The position numbers and the translations under genes are program-made. The notes below the pieces were generated by a model. That model saw nothing but the letters and a program-made list of their open reading frames with translations. It searched no databases and was not told the DNA's origin. 64,000 nt of DNA, taken from the NCBI GenBank assembly GCA_041946735.1, contig JBHGAY010000024.1, positions 14,715-78,714 on the forward strand. Direction: 5' to 3'. Positions 20,428 through 30,400 of the stretch are shown here, one piece after another. The stretch comes from Candidatus Eiseniibacteriota bacterium. GTDB lineage: Bacteria > Eisenbacteria > RBG-16-71-46 > CAIMUX01 > VGJL01. The stretch's first letter is position 1, and the number at the start of each line of letters is the position of its first letter.

Positions 20428-23250
20428 TTGGCTCTGGAGACGTATCGCAAGAAGAGGGACTTCCGCCGGACGCCCGAGCCTCGCGGCACCGTCCGTCGCC
20501 CGCGCGGTTCGCTCCTCTTCGTCATCCAGAAGCACGCGGCCCGCCGGCTCCACTACGATTTCCGTCTCGAGATGCACGGAGTGCTGAAGAGCTGGGCCGT
20601 TCCCAAGGGACCGAGCTACGACCCGAACGAGAAGCGCCTCGCTGTCCACGTCGAGGACCACCCGATCGAGTACGGCGACTTCGAGGGGATCATCCCGAAG
20701 GGGGAGTACGGAGGCGGCACCGTCCTCCTCTGGGACCGAGGAACGTGGACGCCGCTGGGCGACCCCGAGGAAGGCTACCGCGCGGGGAAGTTCGCCTTCA
20801 CGTTGCACGGCGAGAAGCTGCAGGGCGACTGGGCCCTCGTCCGCATGAAGGGCCGCGACGACGAGCCGGGCAAGGAGAACTGGCTCCTCATCAAGGAGAA
20901 GGACGACCGGGTGATCCCGCAGTCCGAGTGGGACGTCACCGCAGAGCGCCCCGAAAGCGTTGCGACCGGACGCAGCATGGAGCAGATCGCGGCGGACGCC
21001 GACCGCGTGTGGGACAGCCAGACCGGCGAGCGCGAGCCGGAGCCTGCCGGCAAGCGGCGCGCCGCGGCGCCGCCAAAGACCCCCGCGCGCGCCACGGCCG
21101 GGCGAGATGCCGCCGCTCGCGCCGCGGCCAAGCCGCGCGCCGCGAAACAGGCCGAGCGCAAGACGGTGCACGCGAAGGGCGACTTTCGCCTCCCCGTCCC
21201 CGAGCCGACGGCGATCCCCGGCGCGCGACGCGCCGCGCTCCCCGCCTTCGTCGAACCGGCGCTCGCGACCCTCGCGAAGGAGGCCCCGCAGGGATCGGAC
21301 TGGCTCCACGAGATCAAGTTCGACGGCTACCGGATCCTCTGCCGCATCGACGGCGGGCAGGTCCGCCTGTTCTCGCGCAACCGTCACGACTGGACTTCGC
21401 GCCTCCCGTCCGTCGTCCGGGCGGCGGCGGATCTGCCGGCGCGCAGCGCGATCCTCGACGGAGAGGTGGTGATCCTGCGTCCCGACGGCACGACCTCCTT
21501 CCAGGACTTGCAGAACGCGATCGCCGAGGGAGGCCGCGGCGCGTCGATCCTTTACTACGCGTTCGACCTGATCCACCTGGACGGCTACGACCTGCGCGCG
21601 GTCCCCCTGGTCGAGCGCAAGGAGGCGCTCGCCGGCCTCGTCAGCCGCCGCGAGGGCGGCCAGGGGACGATCCGCTTCAGCGACCACATCCAGGGACGGA
21701 GCGAGGAGTTCTTCCGCCACGCCTGCCGCTATTCGCTCGAAGGGATCGTCTCGAAGCGGGCTGACTCCCCCTATCGATCCGGGCGCAGCAAAGACTGGCT
21801 GAAGATCAAGTGCGTCCAACGGCAGGAGTTCGTCATCGCCGGCTACACCCGTCCCGAGGGAAGCCGCGAGGGGTTCGGCGCGCTGCTGCTCGGCGTCCAC
21901 GACCGGCAGGGACGCCTCCACTATGCGGGGCGCGTCGGCACCGGCTTCACCGACGCGACGCTCAGCGACCTGATGCGCCGCATGCGCCCGCTCGTGACCG
22001 CTTCCCCCGCCTTCGTCGACCCGCCTCGGGGGGCCGCCGCGCGTGGCTCCACCTGGCTCCGCCCGTCGCTCGTCGGCGAGGTCGAGTTCACCGAGTGGAC
22101 GAGGGACGGACAGCTCCGCCATCCCTCCTTCAAGGGATTGCGCGAGGATCGCGACCCGAAGGAGGTCGTCCGCGAGGAGATCGGCCTCCCGGTCGAGGTC
22201 GGAGGCGACGAAGCGGAGCCGGAGGAGCCGGCGCAGCCGGGCCATAAGGCGAAGGCGCCCGCAGCCGCGCGCGCGCGTGCCGGTGCCCGCCGCGCTCGCG
22301 TTCCCGCTCCCGCGAAGGCTCCCGCCGCTTCCGGCGCAACAACCCCTCCGTCCGACCCGGTCGTCGCCGGCGTCCGCATCACGCATCCGGATCGCATCCT
22401 CTGGCCGGAGCAGGGAATCGAGAAGATCACGCTCGCGCGCTACTACGAGACGGTCGCCGGCTGGATGCTTCCCCACCTCGCCAACCGGCCGATCATGCTG
22501 CGCCGCTGTCCCGAGGGCCGTCACCGCGCCTGCTTCTACCAGAAGCACGCGACCGACGGCACGCCCGAGGCGATCGGCCGCGTCGAGATCCGGGAGCAGG
22601 ACGGCGTCGACACCTCGCTCTACATCGACGATGCCGCCGGCCTGCTCTCCGCGATCCAGCTCGGCTCCCTCGAGATCCACCATTGGACCGCGCGCATCGA
22701 CAAGATCGAGCAGCCGGACCAGATGATCCTCGACCTCGATCCGGACCCGAGCGTCGTATGGCCCCGCGTCGTCGAGGCGGCGCACCTGCTGCGCGTCCGC
22801 CTCGAGGACCTCGGCCTCCGCTCCTTCCCGAAGACGACGGGCGGCAAGGGCCTGCACGTCGTCGTCCCGCTGGCCCGCCGTCACGGTTGGGACGAAGTGA
22901 AGTCGTTCTCGCGCGCCGTGGCCCAGTCGATCGTCGCGCTCGATCCCACCCGCTTCACCGCCACGGTCTCGAAGCGCGCGCGGGGCGGGAAGATCTACAT
23001 CGACTACCTCCGCAACGCGCGCGGGGCGACGGCGATCGCCCCCTACTCGACACGGGTCCACCCGGCGGCGCCGGTCGCCACGCCGCTCGCGTGGGACGAG
23101 GTCCGAGAGGAGATCCGCTCCGACACGTTCCACATCGGCAACGTCCCCGACCGGCTTCGCCGCCTCCGGAAGGATCCCTGGGAGGACATCGGCAAGCTCC
23201 GCCAGTCGATCACCGCGCCGATGCAGCGCAAGCTCCTCGGGCGAGGCTGA
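20428..23250 (+). CDS. ligD: DNA ligase D (phosphoesterase-ligase-polymerase, NHEJ)
   Basis: YRKKRDF.RTPEP, FVIQKHAARRLHYDFRLE (PE); EIKFDGYR, EGIVSK, WLKIK (ligase); LDLDP, KTTGGKGLHV, IDYLRN (polymerase); TTG start estimated. Confidence 0.96.
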   Translation: MALETYRKKRDFRRTPEPRGTVRRPRGSLLFVIQKHAARRLHYDFRLEMHGVLKSWAVPKGPSYDPNEKRLAVHVEDHPIEYGDFEGIIPKGEYGGGTVLLWDRGTWTPLGDPEEGYRAGKFAFTLHGEKLQGDWALVRMKGRDDEPGKENWLLIKEKDDRVIPQSEWDVTAERPESVATGRSMEQIAADADRVWDSQTGEREPEPAGKRRAAAPPKTPARATAGRDAAARAAAKPRAAKQAERKTVHAKGDFRLPVPEPTAIPGARRAALPAFVEPALATLAKEAPQGSDWLHEIKFDGYRILCRIDGGQVRLFSRNRHDWTSRLPSVVRAAADLPARSAILDGEVVILRPDGTTSFQDLQNAIAEGGRGASILYYAFDLIHLDGYDLRAVPLVERKEALAGLVSRREGGQGTIRFSDHIQGRSEEFFRHACRYSLEGIVSKRADSPYRSGRSKDWLKIKCVQRQEFVIAGYTRPEGSREGFGALLLGVHDRQGRLHYAGRVGTGFTDATLSDLMRRMRPLVTASPAFVDPPRGAAARGSTWLRPSLVGEVEFTEWTRDGQLRHPSFKGLREDRDPKEVVREEIGLPVEVGGDEAEPEEPAQPGHKAKAPAAARARAGARRARVPAPAKAPAASGATTPPSDPVVAGVRITHPDRILWPEQGIEKITLARYYETVAGWMLPHLANRPIMLRRCPEGRHRACFYQKHATDGTPEAIGRVEIREQDGVDTSLYIDDAAGLLSAIQLGSLEIHHWTARIDKIEQPDQMILDLDPDPSVVWPRVVEAAHLLRVRLEDLGLRSFPKTTGGKGLHVVVPLARRHGWDEVKSFSRAVAQSIVALDPTRFTATVSKRARGGKIYIDYLRNARGATAIAPYSTRVHPAAPVATPLAWDEVREEIRSDTFHIGNVPDRLRRLRKDPWEDIGKLRQSITAPMQRKLLGRG

Positions 23251-23604
23251 TCCTCCCGAAGGCAGGCGGAATCCGCTGCCTCTCGTGCGCGCAGGGCCGG
23301 CGGCTCACCGCCGCCTCGCTGATCCTCTGGAGAAGCGGAAGTTCTGCTACGCGCGTGCGGCCCTCCTCGGGGGACGGACGGCCGCACGATCCTGCTTCCC
23401 CTCGCCTGCGCCAGCCCCTACTCTTCGATGCGAATCGGCAACTCCCCGAGCGCCGGTGACGAATGGGACGCCGCAGGCGGCCGACCGGCCGAATCGCCGC
23501 CCGCAGGGCCGACGGTCCATCCGAGAAGCGAAGGCGAACGGGGCAGAGAGGTGGGAACCGGCCGCGCAGACCGCGCCGCCGGTGAAGATGGGAGGACGTC
23601 AAAG

Positions 23605-24129
23605 ATGAAGATCGTGAGGTCGCTGGCCCTGATCGGCGCGCTCGCGCTCCTGGCGCTCGCCGTCGCGGTCGTGCAGAACGGGCAGGCCCAGCAGCAGGCG
23701 GACGCGCACAAGTTCATCGGCACCGAGCAGTGCAAGATGTGCCACAAGAACATCTACGACACCTGGCTCACAACGGACCACGCGAAGGCATTCGACATCC
23801 TCCCGAAGGAGTCGCAGGCGAACATGACCTGCCTCGGCTGCCACGCGACCGGCGCGGGCAAGGCGGGCGGCTACGATCCGAAGGCCGAGAAGAACCTCGG
23901 CCTGACCGGGGTGGGCTGCGAGGTCTGCCACGGCGCCGCGAGCGACTACAAGATGGTCCACATGAAGGACAAGGCGAAGGCGGCCACGCTCGGGATGGTC
24001 GTCCAGCCGACGGCCGACAACTGCAAGCTGTGCCATGCCGGCAAGGTGCCGGAGGGACACAAGCCGCTCCCGCCGTTCGACTTCACGAAGGCTTGGCTGA
24101 AGATCGAGCACCATCTGCCGAAGAAGTAG
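23605..24129 (+). CDS. periplasmic tetraheme cytochrome c (c554-like)
   Basis: Signal peptide; four CxxCH motifs: CKMCH, CLGCH, CEVCH, CKLCH; GGAGG RBS. Confidence 0.9.
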   Translation: MKIVRSLALIGALALLALAVAVVQNGQAQQQADAHKFIGTEQCKMCHKNIYDTWLTTDHAKAFDILPKESQANMTCLGCHATGAGKAGGYDPKAEKNLGLTGVGCEVCHGAASDYKMVHMKDKAKAATLGMVVQPTADNCKLCHAGKVPEGHKPLPPFDFTKAWLKIEHHLPKK

Positions 24130-24156
24130 AGCCGGAGAGCGCGATCCGATTCGAGG

Positions 24157-24190
24157 AACGGGAGGCGAGTTCTCGCCTCCCGTTTCGCTT
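24157..24190. terminator. intrinsic terminator-like hairpin between convergent genes
   Basis: AACGGGAGGCGAG-TT-CTCGCCTCCCGTT followed by TCGCTT. Confidence 0.65.
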
Positions 24191-24205
24191 GCCCGCGCGT
24201 TCGCC

Positions 24206-24345
24206 CCGCGATCCGCTCGCGACGTCCGCAATCCGCTCGAGACGCCTGCGATCTGCTCCCCGGCGCCCCGCGATCCGCTCGCGGCGCCTCCCTCGCTCCG
24301 CTGAGCCCGCGATCAGCTCGCGGCCCCTCCCCCGCTCCGCGGCGC
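24206..24345. repeat. five degenerate ~20-bp direct repeats
   Basis: CCGCGATCCGCTCGCGRCG-like units; the last two share an extended CCTCCC.CGCTCCGC tail. Confidence 0.65.
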
Positions 24346-24843
24346 GGTGGCCCGGCGCGCCATCTTTCCGATCTCCTTGTCGACCAGGAACAGCCCGCGT
24401 CCCTCGAGCCCGGCCACGCGCATCATGTCGAGGATCGACTGGAACAGCTTCTCCTCCTCGTGCTGCTCAGCGACGTACCACTGGAGGAAATGGAAGGTCG
24501 AGTAGTCCTTCTCGCCCAAGCAGAGGTCGACGACGCGATTGATCTGCGCCGTCACCTTCCTCTCGTGCTCGAGGGTGCGCTCGAAGACATCCTGGAGCGA
24601 CTCGAACTTCGCCGGCGGCTCGGCGACAGCCGCGACCCGCCCGTGTCCGCCGGCGTCGTTCACGTAGTGGAGCAGCCGCATCATGTGCTCGCGCTCCTCC
24701 TCCGCGTGCGCGAAGAGGAAGGAGGCGGAGCCGGGAAGCCCGCCGTTCGCGCACCAGGAGGCGAGGGCGAGGTAGTAGTGAGCGGCGTAGTCCTCGTCCC
24801 GGATCTGATCGTTCAACGCCTTCTCGATCTTCGCGCTGAGCAT
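24313..24843 (-). CDS. ftnA: non-heme ferritin
   Basis: ALNDQI..E..A...YL, HAEEEREHM, EHERKVT, FLQWYVAEQHEEE ferroxidase residues. Confidence 0.92.
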   Translation of the reverse strand: MLSAKIEKALNDQIRDEDYAAHYYLALASWCANGGLPGSASFLFAHAEEEREHMMRLLHYVNDAGGHGRVAAVAEPPAKFESLQDVFERTLEHERKVTAQINRVVDLCLGEKDYSTFHFLQWYVAEQHEEEKLFQSILDMMRVAGLEGRGLFLVDKEIGKMARRATAPRSGGGAAS

Positions 24844-25085
24844 CGGTCTCTCCTTCTGTCGTGCGGCCGGTCCCGCCGGCGGTCGCGGCCCCGCCCCCGG
24901 GGCGCACGCTCGGCGCCGCCGAGCATAGCCGGTCGGCTCGCTTCCGGCTATGGAGCAGCCCCGGGTTCGTCGCCCGGCATCGCCCGCCGCGCGACACGGC
25001 CCGCCCGCCGCCCGACACCGCCCGCCCGCCGCGCCAGCGCCACCCGCCCCTGCCCGCGCCGCGCACGTCGCGCCGCGCCCCGCGT

Positions 25086-26288
25086 CTACTCCGCCGCCAA
25101 GGCCTCCACCGGATCGAGGGAGGCCGCCCGGCGCGCCGGCAGGATCCCGCTCGCCAGCCCGACCACGAAGCTCACGCCGAGCGCGAGGAGCACGTAGAGG
25201 AGGGGCGTCCGCACGGGAAGCGCGGGAATCGCCGCGTGGATCAGCCGCGCGAGCCCGATGCCGGCGGCGAGCCCCAGAATCCCGCCGCCCGTCGAGAGGA
25301 CGAGCGCCTCGGCGAGGAAGAGCGCGAGGATCTGCCCCGGGGTGGCGCCGAGCGCCTTCTCGAGGCCGATCTCGGCGGTCCTCTCGTTGACCGAGATCCA
25401 CATCATCGTGAGGATGCCGATCGCGCCGACGAGCAGCGAGATCGCGCCGATTCCGACGACGGCGAGGCTCACGATCCGCAGGATGCGGTCGAGCGTCTCC
25501 AGCATCCCGGTCTGGGTCGTGATCGAGAAGTCCTCTTCCCCGTCGTGACGCTCCGCGAGCACCGCCTCGATCCGCGCCGAGACCGAGTCGACGACGGAGA
25601 GGTTCGAGAAGACGACGTCGATCTCGGTCAGTTCGTCCTTGTTGAAGAGCGGCATCGCGAGGGTCACCGGAATGTACGCAGCGTCGTCGATGTCGAAGCC
25701 GAGGAACTGCCCCTTCGGCTCCATCACTCCGATCACGCGGAATCTCTGCCCGCCGATCCGCACGTGCTCGCCGAGCGCGTTCTTCTCGCCGAACAGCTCG
25801 CGCTTGAGGGTCGGGCCGAGCACCGCCTCGGCGGATCCGCCGTACGCGCCGGCGTTGGGCAGGAAGCGGCCGACACGCACCGACATCCCCCATGCGGCCG
25901 CGGCGTCCCTCGTCGCGCCGTAGACGAAGACGCTGCGCGAACGCCCCGCGTACTCGACCGGCGCCGTCCCGACCGACGCCGGCACGACCGTCTGCACTCC
26001 CCGAACGCGGGTCACGGCTTCGGCGTCGCCGATCGTCAGGGGATGGACCGTCCCGCCGATCGCGGCCGGCACCCCCGTCGTCTCCGTCCTCCCCGGGTGG
26101 ATGGCGGCGAGATTCGTCCCGAACTGCGTGAACTCCGACAGGATGTAGAGGCGCGTGCCCTCCCCGATCGACGTGAGCAGGATCACCGAGGCGATGCCGA
26201 TGAGGATTCCGAGCATCGTCAGGGCGGACCGTTGGCGGTGGCCGCGCACGGCGCGCAACGCCGAGCCGACGACGTCCTCGAAGATCAT
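25086..26288 (-). CDS. MacB/FtsX-type ABC permease
   Basis: RSALTMLGILIG, SVNERTAEIG, PARRAASLDPVEAL. Confidence 0.92.
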   Translation of the reverse strand: MIFEDVVGSALRAVRGHRQRSALTMLGILIGIASVILLTSIGEGTRLYILSEFTQFGTNLAAIHPGRTETTGVPAAIGGTVHPLTIGDAEAVTRVRGVQTVVPASVGTAPVEYAGRSRSVFVYGATRDAAAAWGMSVRVGRFLPNAGAYGGSAEAVLGPTLKRELFGEKNALGEHVRIGGQRFRVIGVMEPKGQFLGFDIDDAAYIPVTLAMPLFNKDELTEIDVVFSNLSVVDSVSARIEAVLAERHDGEEDFSITTQTGMLETLDRILRIVSLAVVGIGAISLLVGAIGILTMMWISVNERTAEIGLEKALGATPGQILALFLAEALVLSTGGGILGLAAGIGLARLIHAAIPALPVRTPLLYVLLALGVSFVVGLASGILPARRAASLDPVEALAAE

Positions 26289-27490
26289 CCCCGCCTCCGC
26301 ATCAGGGCCTGGATCGGATCGAGACGCGCTGCGCGCCGGGCCGGCAGGATCCCGAACGCGAGCCCGACCGAAGTCGAGACGGCGAGCGCGGCGACGACCG
26401 CCCAGACGGGGGGACGCGCCGGAAAGTCCGGGAAGAAGCCCTGGAAGATCCGGCCCCCGAGGATGCCGATCGCGAGGCCGAGGATCCCGCCCGCGGTCGA
26501 GAGGATCGACGCCTCGAGCAGGAACACGGCGACGATCTGGCGGGAGCCGACGCCGACCGCCTTCAGCAGTCCGATCTCGCGGGTGCGCTCGGAGACCGAG
26601 ACGAGCATCACGTTCATGATCCCGATTCCCGCCACCGAGAGCGAGATCGCGGCGATCCCGGCGAGAGCGGCGGTGAGCATCCCGAGGATCTTCTGGAACG
26701 TCGAGAGGACCGCATCCTGCGTGAGCGTCGTGAAGTCCTCCTCGCCGTCGTGGCGCTGCTTCAGGATCTCGATCGCACGCTCCCGCGCCGGCTCGATCGC
26801 CGGCGCGCTTCGCAGCTCGATCAGCACACGGAAGAGGCTCCGGGCGTTGAGCAGACGCATGCCGGTCTCGATCGGGATGTGGACGGTCTCGTCCACGTCC
26901 ATGCCGATCGAGGTGCCTCGCGGCGCGAGCACGCCGATGACGCGGAAGTTCGTGTCGCCGATCCGCACCTTCTCGCCCAGCGGATTGCGATGGCCGAACA
27001 GCTCCTGCTGCACCTTGGCTCCCAGGACGGCGAACGGCGCGTCGCGCGTGCCCGGCGGGAAGTAGCGACCGATCCGCACCGACAGCTTGCGCACCTCGCG
27101 CATGTCGTCGGTCGTCCCAAGCACCATGATGTCTCGGCTCCGGTCGCCGACGCTCGCCGCGGCGCTGCCGACGACGAGCGGAGCGGCGCGCACGATCTCC
27201 GGCATCTGGCGCTCGAGCGCGCCGACGTCCTCGAGGGTCAGGTCGTGCGGCGCGGTGTTGACGACCGGCGCTCCGCCCTGCGTCTCCGTCTTGCCGGGCA
27301 GGAGAATCAGGAGGTTCGAGCCGAGCGACGCGAACTCACCGGTCACGTAGAGCCGCGCCCCTTCTCCGAGGCTCGTCAGGAGGACCACCGAGCCGACGCC
27401 GATCGCCACGCCGAGCAGCGAGAGGAAGCTCCGGAGGCGATGCCCGCGCAGCGCGCGCAGCGCGTAGCGCGCGAGATCGCGCGCCCTCAC
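26285..27490 (-). CDS. MacB/FtsX-type ABC permease
   Basis: [44 protein letters not shown]. Confidence 0.92.
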   Translation of the reverse strand: MRARDLARYALRALRGHRLRSFLSLLGVAIGVGSVVLLTSLGEGARLYVTGEFASLGSNLLILLPGKTETQGGAPVVNTAPHDLTLEDVGALERQMPEIVRAAPLVVGSAAASVGDRSRDIMVLGTTDDMREVRKLSVRIGRYFPPGTRDAPFAVLGAKVQQELFGHRNPLGEKVRIGDTNFRVIGVLAPRGTSIGMDVDETVHIPIETGMRLLNARSLFRVLIELRSAPAIEPARERAIEILKQRHDGEEDFTTLTQDAVLSTFQKILGMLTAALAGIAAISLSVAGIGIMNVMLVSVSERTREIGLLKAVGVGSRQIVAVFLLEASILSTAGGILGLAIGILGGRIFQGFFPDFPARPPVWAVVAALAVSTSVGLAFGILPARRAARLDPIQALMRRRG

Positions 27491-28263
27491 GGCCGCTCCG
27501 TACCGGGCGCCGGAGACGCCGGCGGCGCCGGGAATGACGCCGGCGCCTGCTCCGGCGCCGGCGCCACCGCTCCGCTCCGCTGCCGTTCGTCGGCAACGAT
27601 CGCCCCGTCGCGCAGCCGGACGCCCCGAGCCGCCCGCGCTCCGATCGCCGGATCGTGCGTGACGATCACGAGCGTGAGCCCCGCCCGGTTGCGCTCCTCC
27701 AGGAGCCCGATGATCTCGCTCCCCGAGACGCTGTCGAGGTTGCCGGTCGGCTCGTCGGCCAGCAGGATCGCCGGCTCCATCACGACGGCGCGCGCGATCG
27801 CCACGCGTTGGCGCTCCCCACCGGAAAGCTGGTCCGGCCGGTGCTCCGCTCGCGGCGCGAGACCGACCGACTCGAGCGCCCGCGCCACGCGCCGCCGCCG
27901 ATCGGCCGGCTCGACGCCGGCGAACATCATCGGCAGCTCGACGTTCTCCGCGGCCGTCAGGCGGGGCACCAGATGGAAGAACTGGAAGACGAAGCCGATC
28001 TTCTCGCGGCGCACGAGCGACAGCTCGCGATCCGAAAGCTTCGACGTCTCCTGCCCGTCGAGACGGTAGGAGCCGGACGTCGGACGATCGAGGCATCCGA
28101 TGAGGTTCAGCAGCGTGGACTTTCCCGACCCGGAAGGTCCCATGATCGAGACGTACTCGCCGGCGCCGATCGAAAGGTCGACGCCGCGCAGCGCGAGCAC
28201 CGGGCGTCCGCCGACCTCGAAGGTCCGCGAGATTCCCGACAGCAGGATCATCGGCTCCGCCAT
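27487..28263 (-). CDS. ABC transporter ATP-binding protein (LolD/MacB-like)
   Basis: [31 protein letters not shown]. Confidence 0.95.
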   Translation of the reverse strand: MAEPMILLSGISRTFEVGGRPVLALRGVDLSIGAGEYVSIMGPSGSGKSTLLNLIGCLDRPTSGSYRLDGQETSKLSDRELSLVRREKIGFVFQFFHLVPRLTAAENVELPMMFAGVEPADRRRRVARALESVGLAPRAEHRPDQLSGGERQRVAIARAVVMEPAILLADEPTGNLDSVSGSEIIGLLEERNRAGLTLVIVTHDPAIGARAARGVRLRDGAIVADERQRSGAVAPAPEQAPASFPAPPASPAPGTERP

Positions 28264-28305
28264 CGCCCGCGCGCTCCGCTCGCTCACCTGACCCGCCGCC
28301 ACCGC

Positions 28306-29460
28306 CTAGCGGCGGGCCGTCCGCTCCGCCACGGTGGCCCGCACTCCTGCCTTCACCTCCGGACGGTCCAGCGAGACGACGACCTCCTCCCCCTCGCGCA
28401 GCCCTCCCGTGATCTCGGCGTACTCCCAGTTGCGCAGTCCGATCCGGACGGGACGGCTCACCAGCCTGCCCTTCTCGACCACGAGCACGCGATCCCCCTC
28501 GAGGAGCGCGTAGGTCGGGATCCGCACGACGTCCTCCTGCGCCTCGAGAATCACTTCGACGTCGGCGGAGAGCCCCGGCACGAGATTCCGTGGAAGATCC
28601 TGCTGCGTGAACGTCGCCTCGACGGTCAGCGTGCGGTTCTGCTCCTGGCGCGTCTCGACGAACGAGGAGATGTAGGTCAGCACACCGGGGAACTCCTGCC
28701 CGCGAAAGGCGTCCATCGTGATCCGCACCGGCAGTCCCAGATGGACCTTCGCCACATCGGCCTCATCCAGCGGCGCGCTCACGTAGAGCGAATCGGGATC
28801 AATCAGATCGACGACGGGCGGGATCATCACCCCGGGCGGCGAGGGGGTGATCCATTCGCCGACCTCGGTCGTCACGTCGAGGACGACCCCGTCGAAGGGG
28901 GCGCGAATCACCGTCTTGTCGAGGGCCGCCTGCGCCGCTTCGACCGACGCCTGCGCCTGGCGCGTCTGCTCCCGCGCCGCCTCGCACCCCGCCGTCGCGA
29001 CTTCCGCGTTCGTCCGCGCCTCCTCGAGGCGCTGGTCCGCGATCAACCCCTGCGTCGCGAGCTGCTCGGCCCGCTCGCCGTCACGCCGCGCCTGATCCGC
29101 CGACGCGCACGCCTGTTCCGCCGCAGCGCGCGCCGCCGCGCGCGATCGGTCCGCCTGCGCGAACTGCGCGCGATACTCGGTGTCGTCGATGCGAAGCAGC
29201 ACGTCCCCCGCCCGCACCCGTTGCCCTTTGCGCACCGGGATCGCGGCGACCAGCCCAGACACGCCCGGACTCATCTGCGAGCGCCGGCGGGACTCGACGG
29301 TCCCCGCTCTCGTGTTCACCACCGTCGACTCGACGCGGCCGCGCTCAACCGTCGCCACCGTGACGGGCACCGGCTCCGGACGAAAGACCGTCCACCGGAG
29401 GATGAGGACGACGAGGACGATTCCACCGAGAATCAGAAGCCTGCGTGTCCAACGGCTCAC
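28306..29460 (-). CDS. periplasmic adaptor (MacA/HlyD-like)
   Basis: N-terminal anchor, V.KGQ.V..GD.L lipoyl half, IRAPFDGVV, PGLSADV. Confidence 0.9.
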   Translation of the reverse strand: MSRWTRRLLILGGIVLVVLILRWTVFRPEPVPVTVATVERGRVESTVVNTRAGTVESRRRSQMSPGVSGLVAAIPVRKGQRVRAGDVLLRIDDTEYRAQFAQADRSRAAARAAAEQACASADQARRDGERAEQLATQGLIADQRLEEARTNAEVATAGCEAAREQTRQAQASVEAAQAALDKTVIRAPFDGVVLDVTTEVGEWITPSPPGVMIPPVVDLIDPDSLYVSAPLDEADVAKVHLGLPVRITMDAFRGQEFPGVLTYISSFVETRQEQNRTLTVEATFTQQDLPRNLVPGLSADVEVILEAQEDVVRIPTYALLEGDRVLVVEKGRLVSRPVRIGLRNWEYAEITGGLREGEEVVVSLDRPEVKAGVRATVAERTARR

Positions 29461-29620
29461 GGGAACCTCGCGTTCGATTGGGTCCTTCGGGGATCCTAAC
29501 AGGGGGGCGCAGGGCCGCAAGGCGTGGCGCGGTCGCATGCCGGGGCGCTCGCACCGCCGCCCGAGCTATCGCCCGAGCCGCCGCCCGAGCCGCCACCATA
29601 TGCGCCGCGGCACGCGCGCT

Positions 29621-30400
29621 TCAGGGCAGAACCAGGGCCGCCGGTGGAGAGACGCGCAGGAGATCCCCGCCGGAGAGCGCCGCCACCCGGCAGAAGACGG
29701 TGGCGCCGGAGACGCCCAGACGCGCGAGACGCGCCGGGTCGAGAACCAGGCTCGTGTCCGCCGTCGTCGCCGGCCACGCGGTCTCGGCGAGCGAGTCGCC
29801 ATAGAAGAGGATCCGGTAGGAGTCCGCTCCGCGTACGCTTCGCCAGGCAACGCGCACCGATCCACCGGCAATCCGCTCGAACGAAGGGGCCGGCGTGCTC
29901 GAATCGCCCGGCTCGCCGCGCAAGGCAGGCGTCGCCGGCGGGGCCGGAGAGCGCGGCTGTAGCAGCGAGCCGCCTCCCAGTTCGAGGAAGATCCCGATCA
30001 CGAGAAGCGCCGCGCCCGCGGCGAGCGCCGGCCGGAACGCGGGAACGAGAAGGCGGGCGAGCCGGCCGAGCGGCCCCGGCGGCCCCGGCGGCTCGGGCGG
30101 GCCGGACCGCCCCCGCCGGCCTGCTTCGCGCCCTTGCTCTGCGTCGCCGTCCGTCCATCCGCGCAGCGACTCCGTCACCGGCAGTCCCGCCTCCCGCCGG
30201 ATCGCGCGGGACAAGCGCTCGGCCGCCTCGCGCGGCTCCGCCCCTTCCGGCACGGCCGCCGCGGGATCCAGGAAGAGCTGCAGGGAACGCCAGCGCGCCC
30301 GGCATCGCGGGCAGCCTTCGAAGTGCGCACGCGCCGGATCGGAAGCGGGAAGCCGATCGATCCGCTCGAGCGATTCGACCGGCGGGCAGATCTCGGTCAC
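29621..30400 (-). CDS. zinc-binding transmembrane anti-sigma factor
   Basis: HFEGCPRC (HxxxCxxC ZAS motif), a single TM helix, extracytoplasmic beta-rich domain; start overlaps the sigma stop. Confidence 0.8.
   Translation of the reverse strand: MTEICPPVESLERIDRLPASDPARAHFEGCPRCRARWRSLQLFLDPAAAVPEGAEPREAAERLSRAIRREAGLPVTESLRGWTDGDAEQGREAGRRGRSGPPEPPGPPGPLGRLARLLVPAFRPALAAGAALLVIGIFLELGGGSLLQPRSPAPPATPALRGEPGDSSTPAPSFERIAGGSVRVAWRSVRGADSYRILFYGDSLAETAWPATTADTSLVLDPARLARLGVSGATVFCRVAALSGGDLLRVSPPAALVLP

Noticed and set aside
23290..23600. Possible riboswitch (c-di-GMP/c-di-AMP-like) upstream of the cytochrome
   Set aside because: Only fragments resemble the consensus; no full structure could be built by eye (an Rfam scan would decide)
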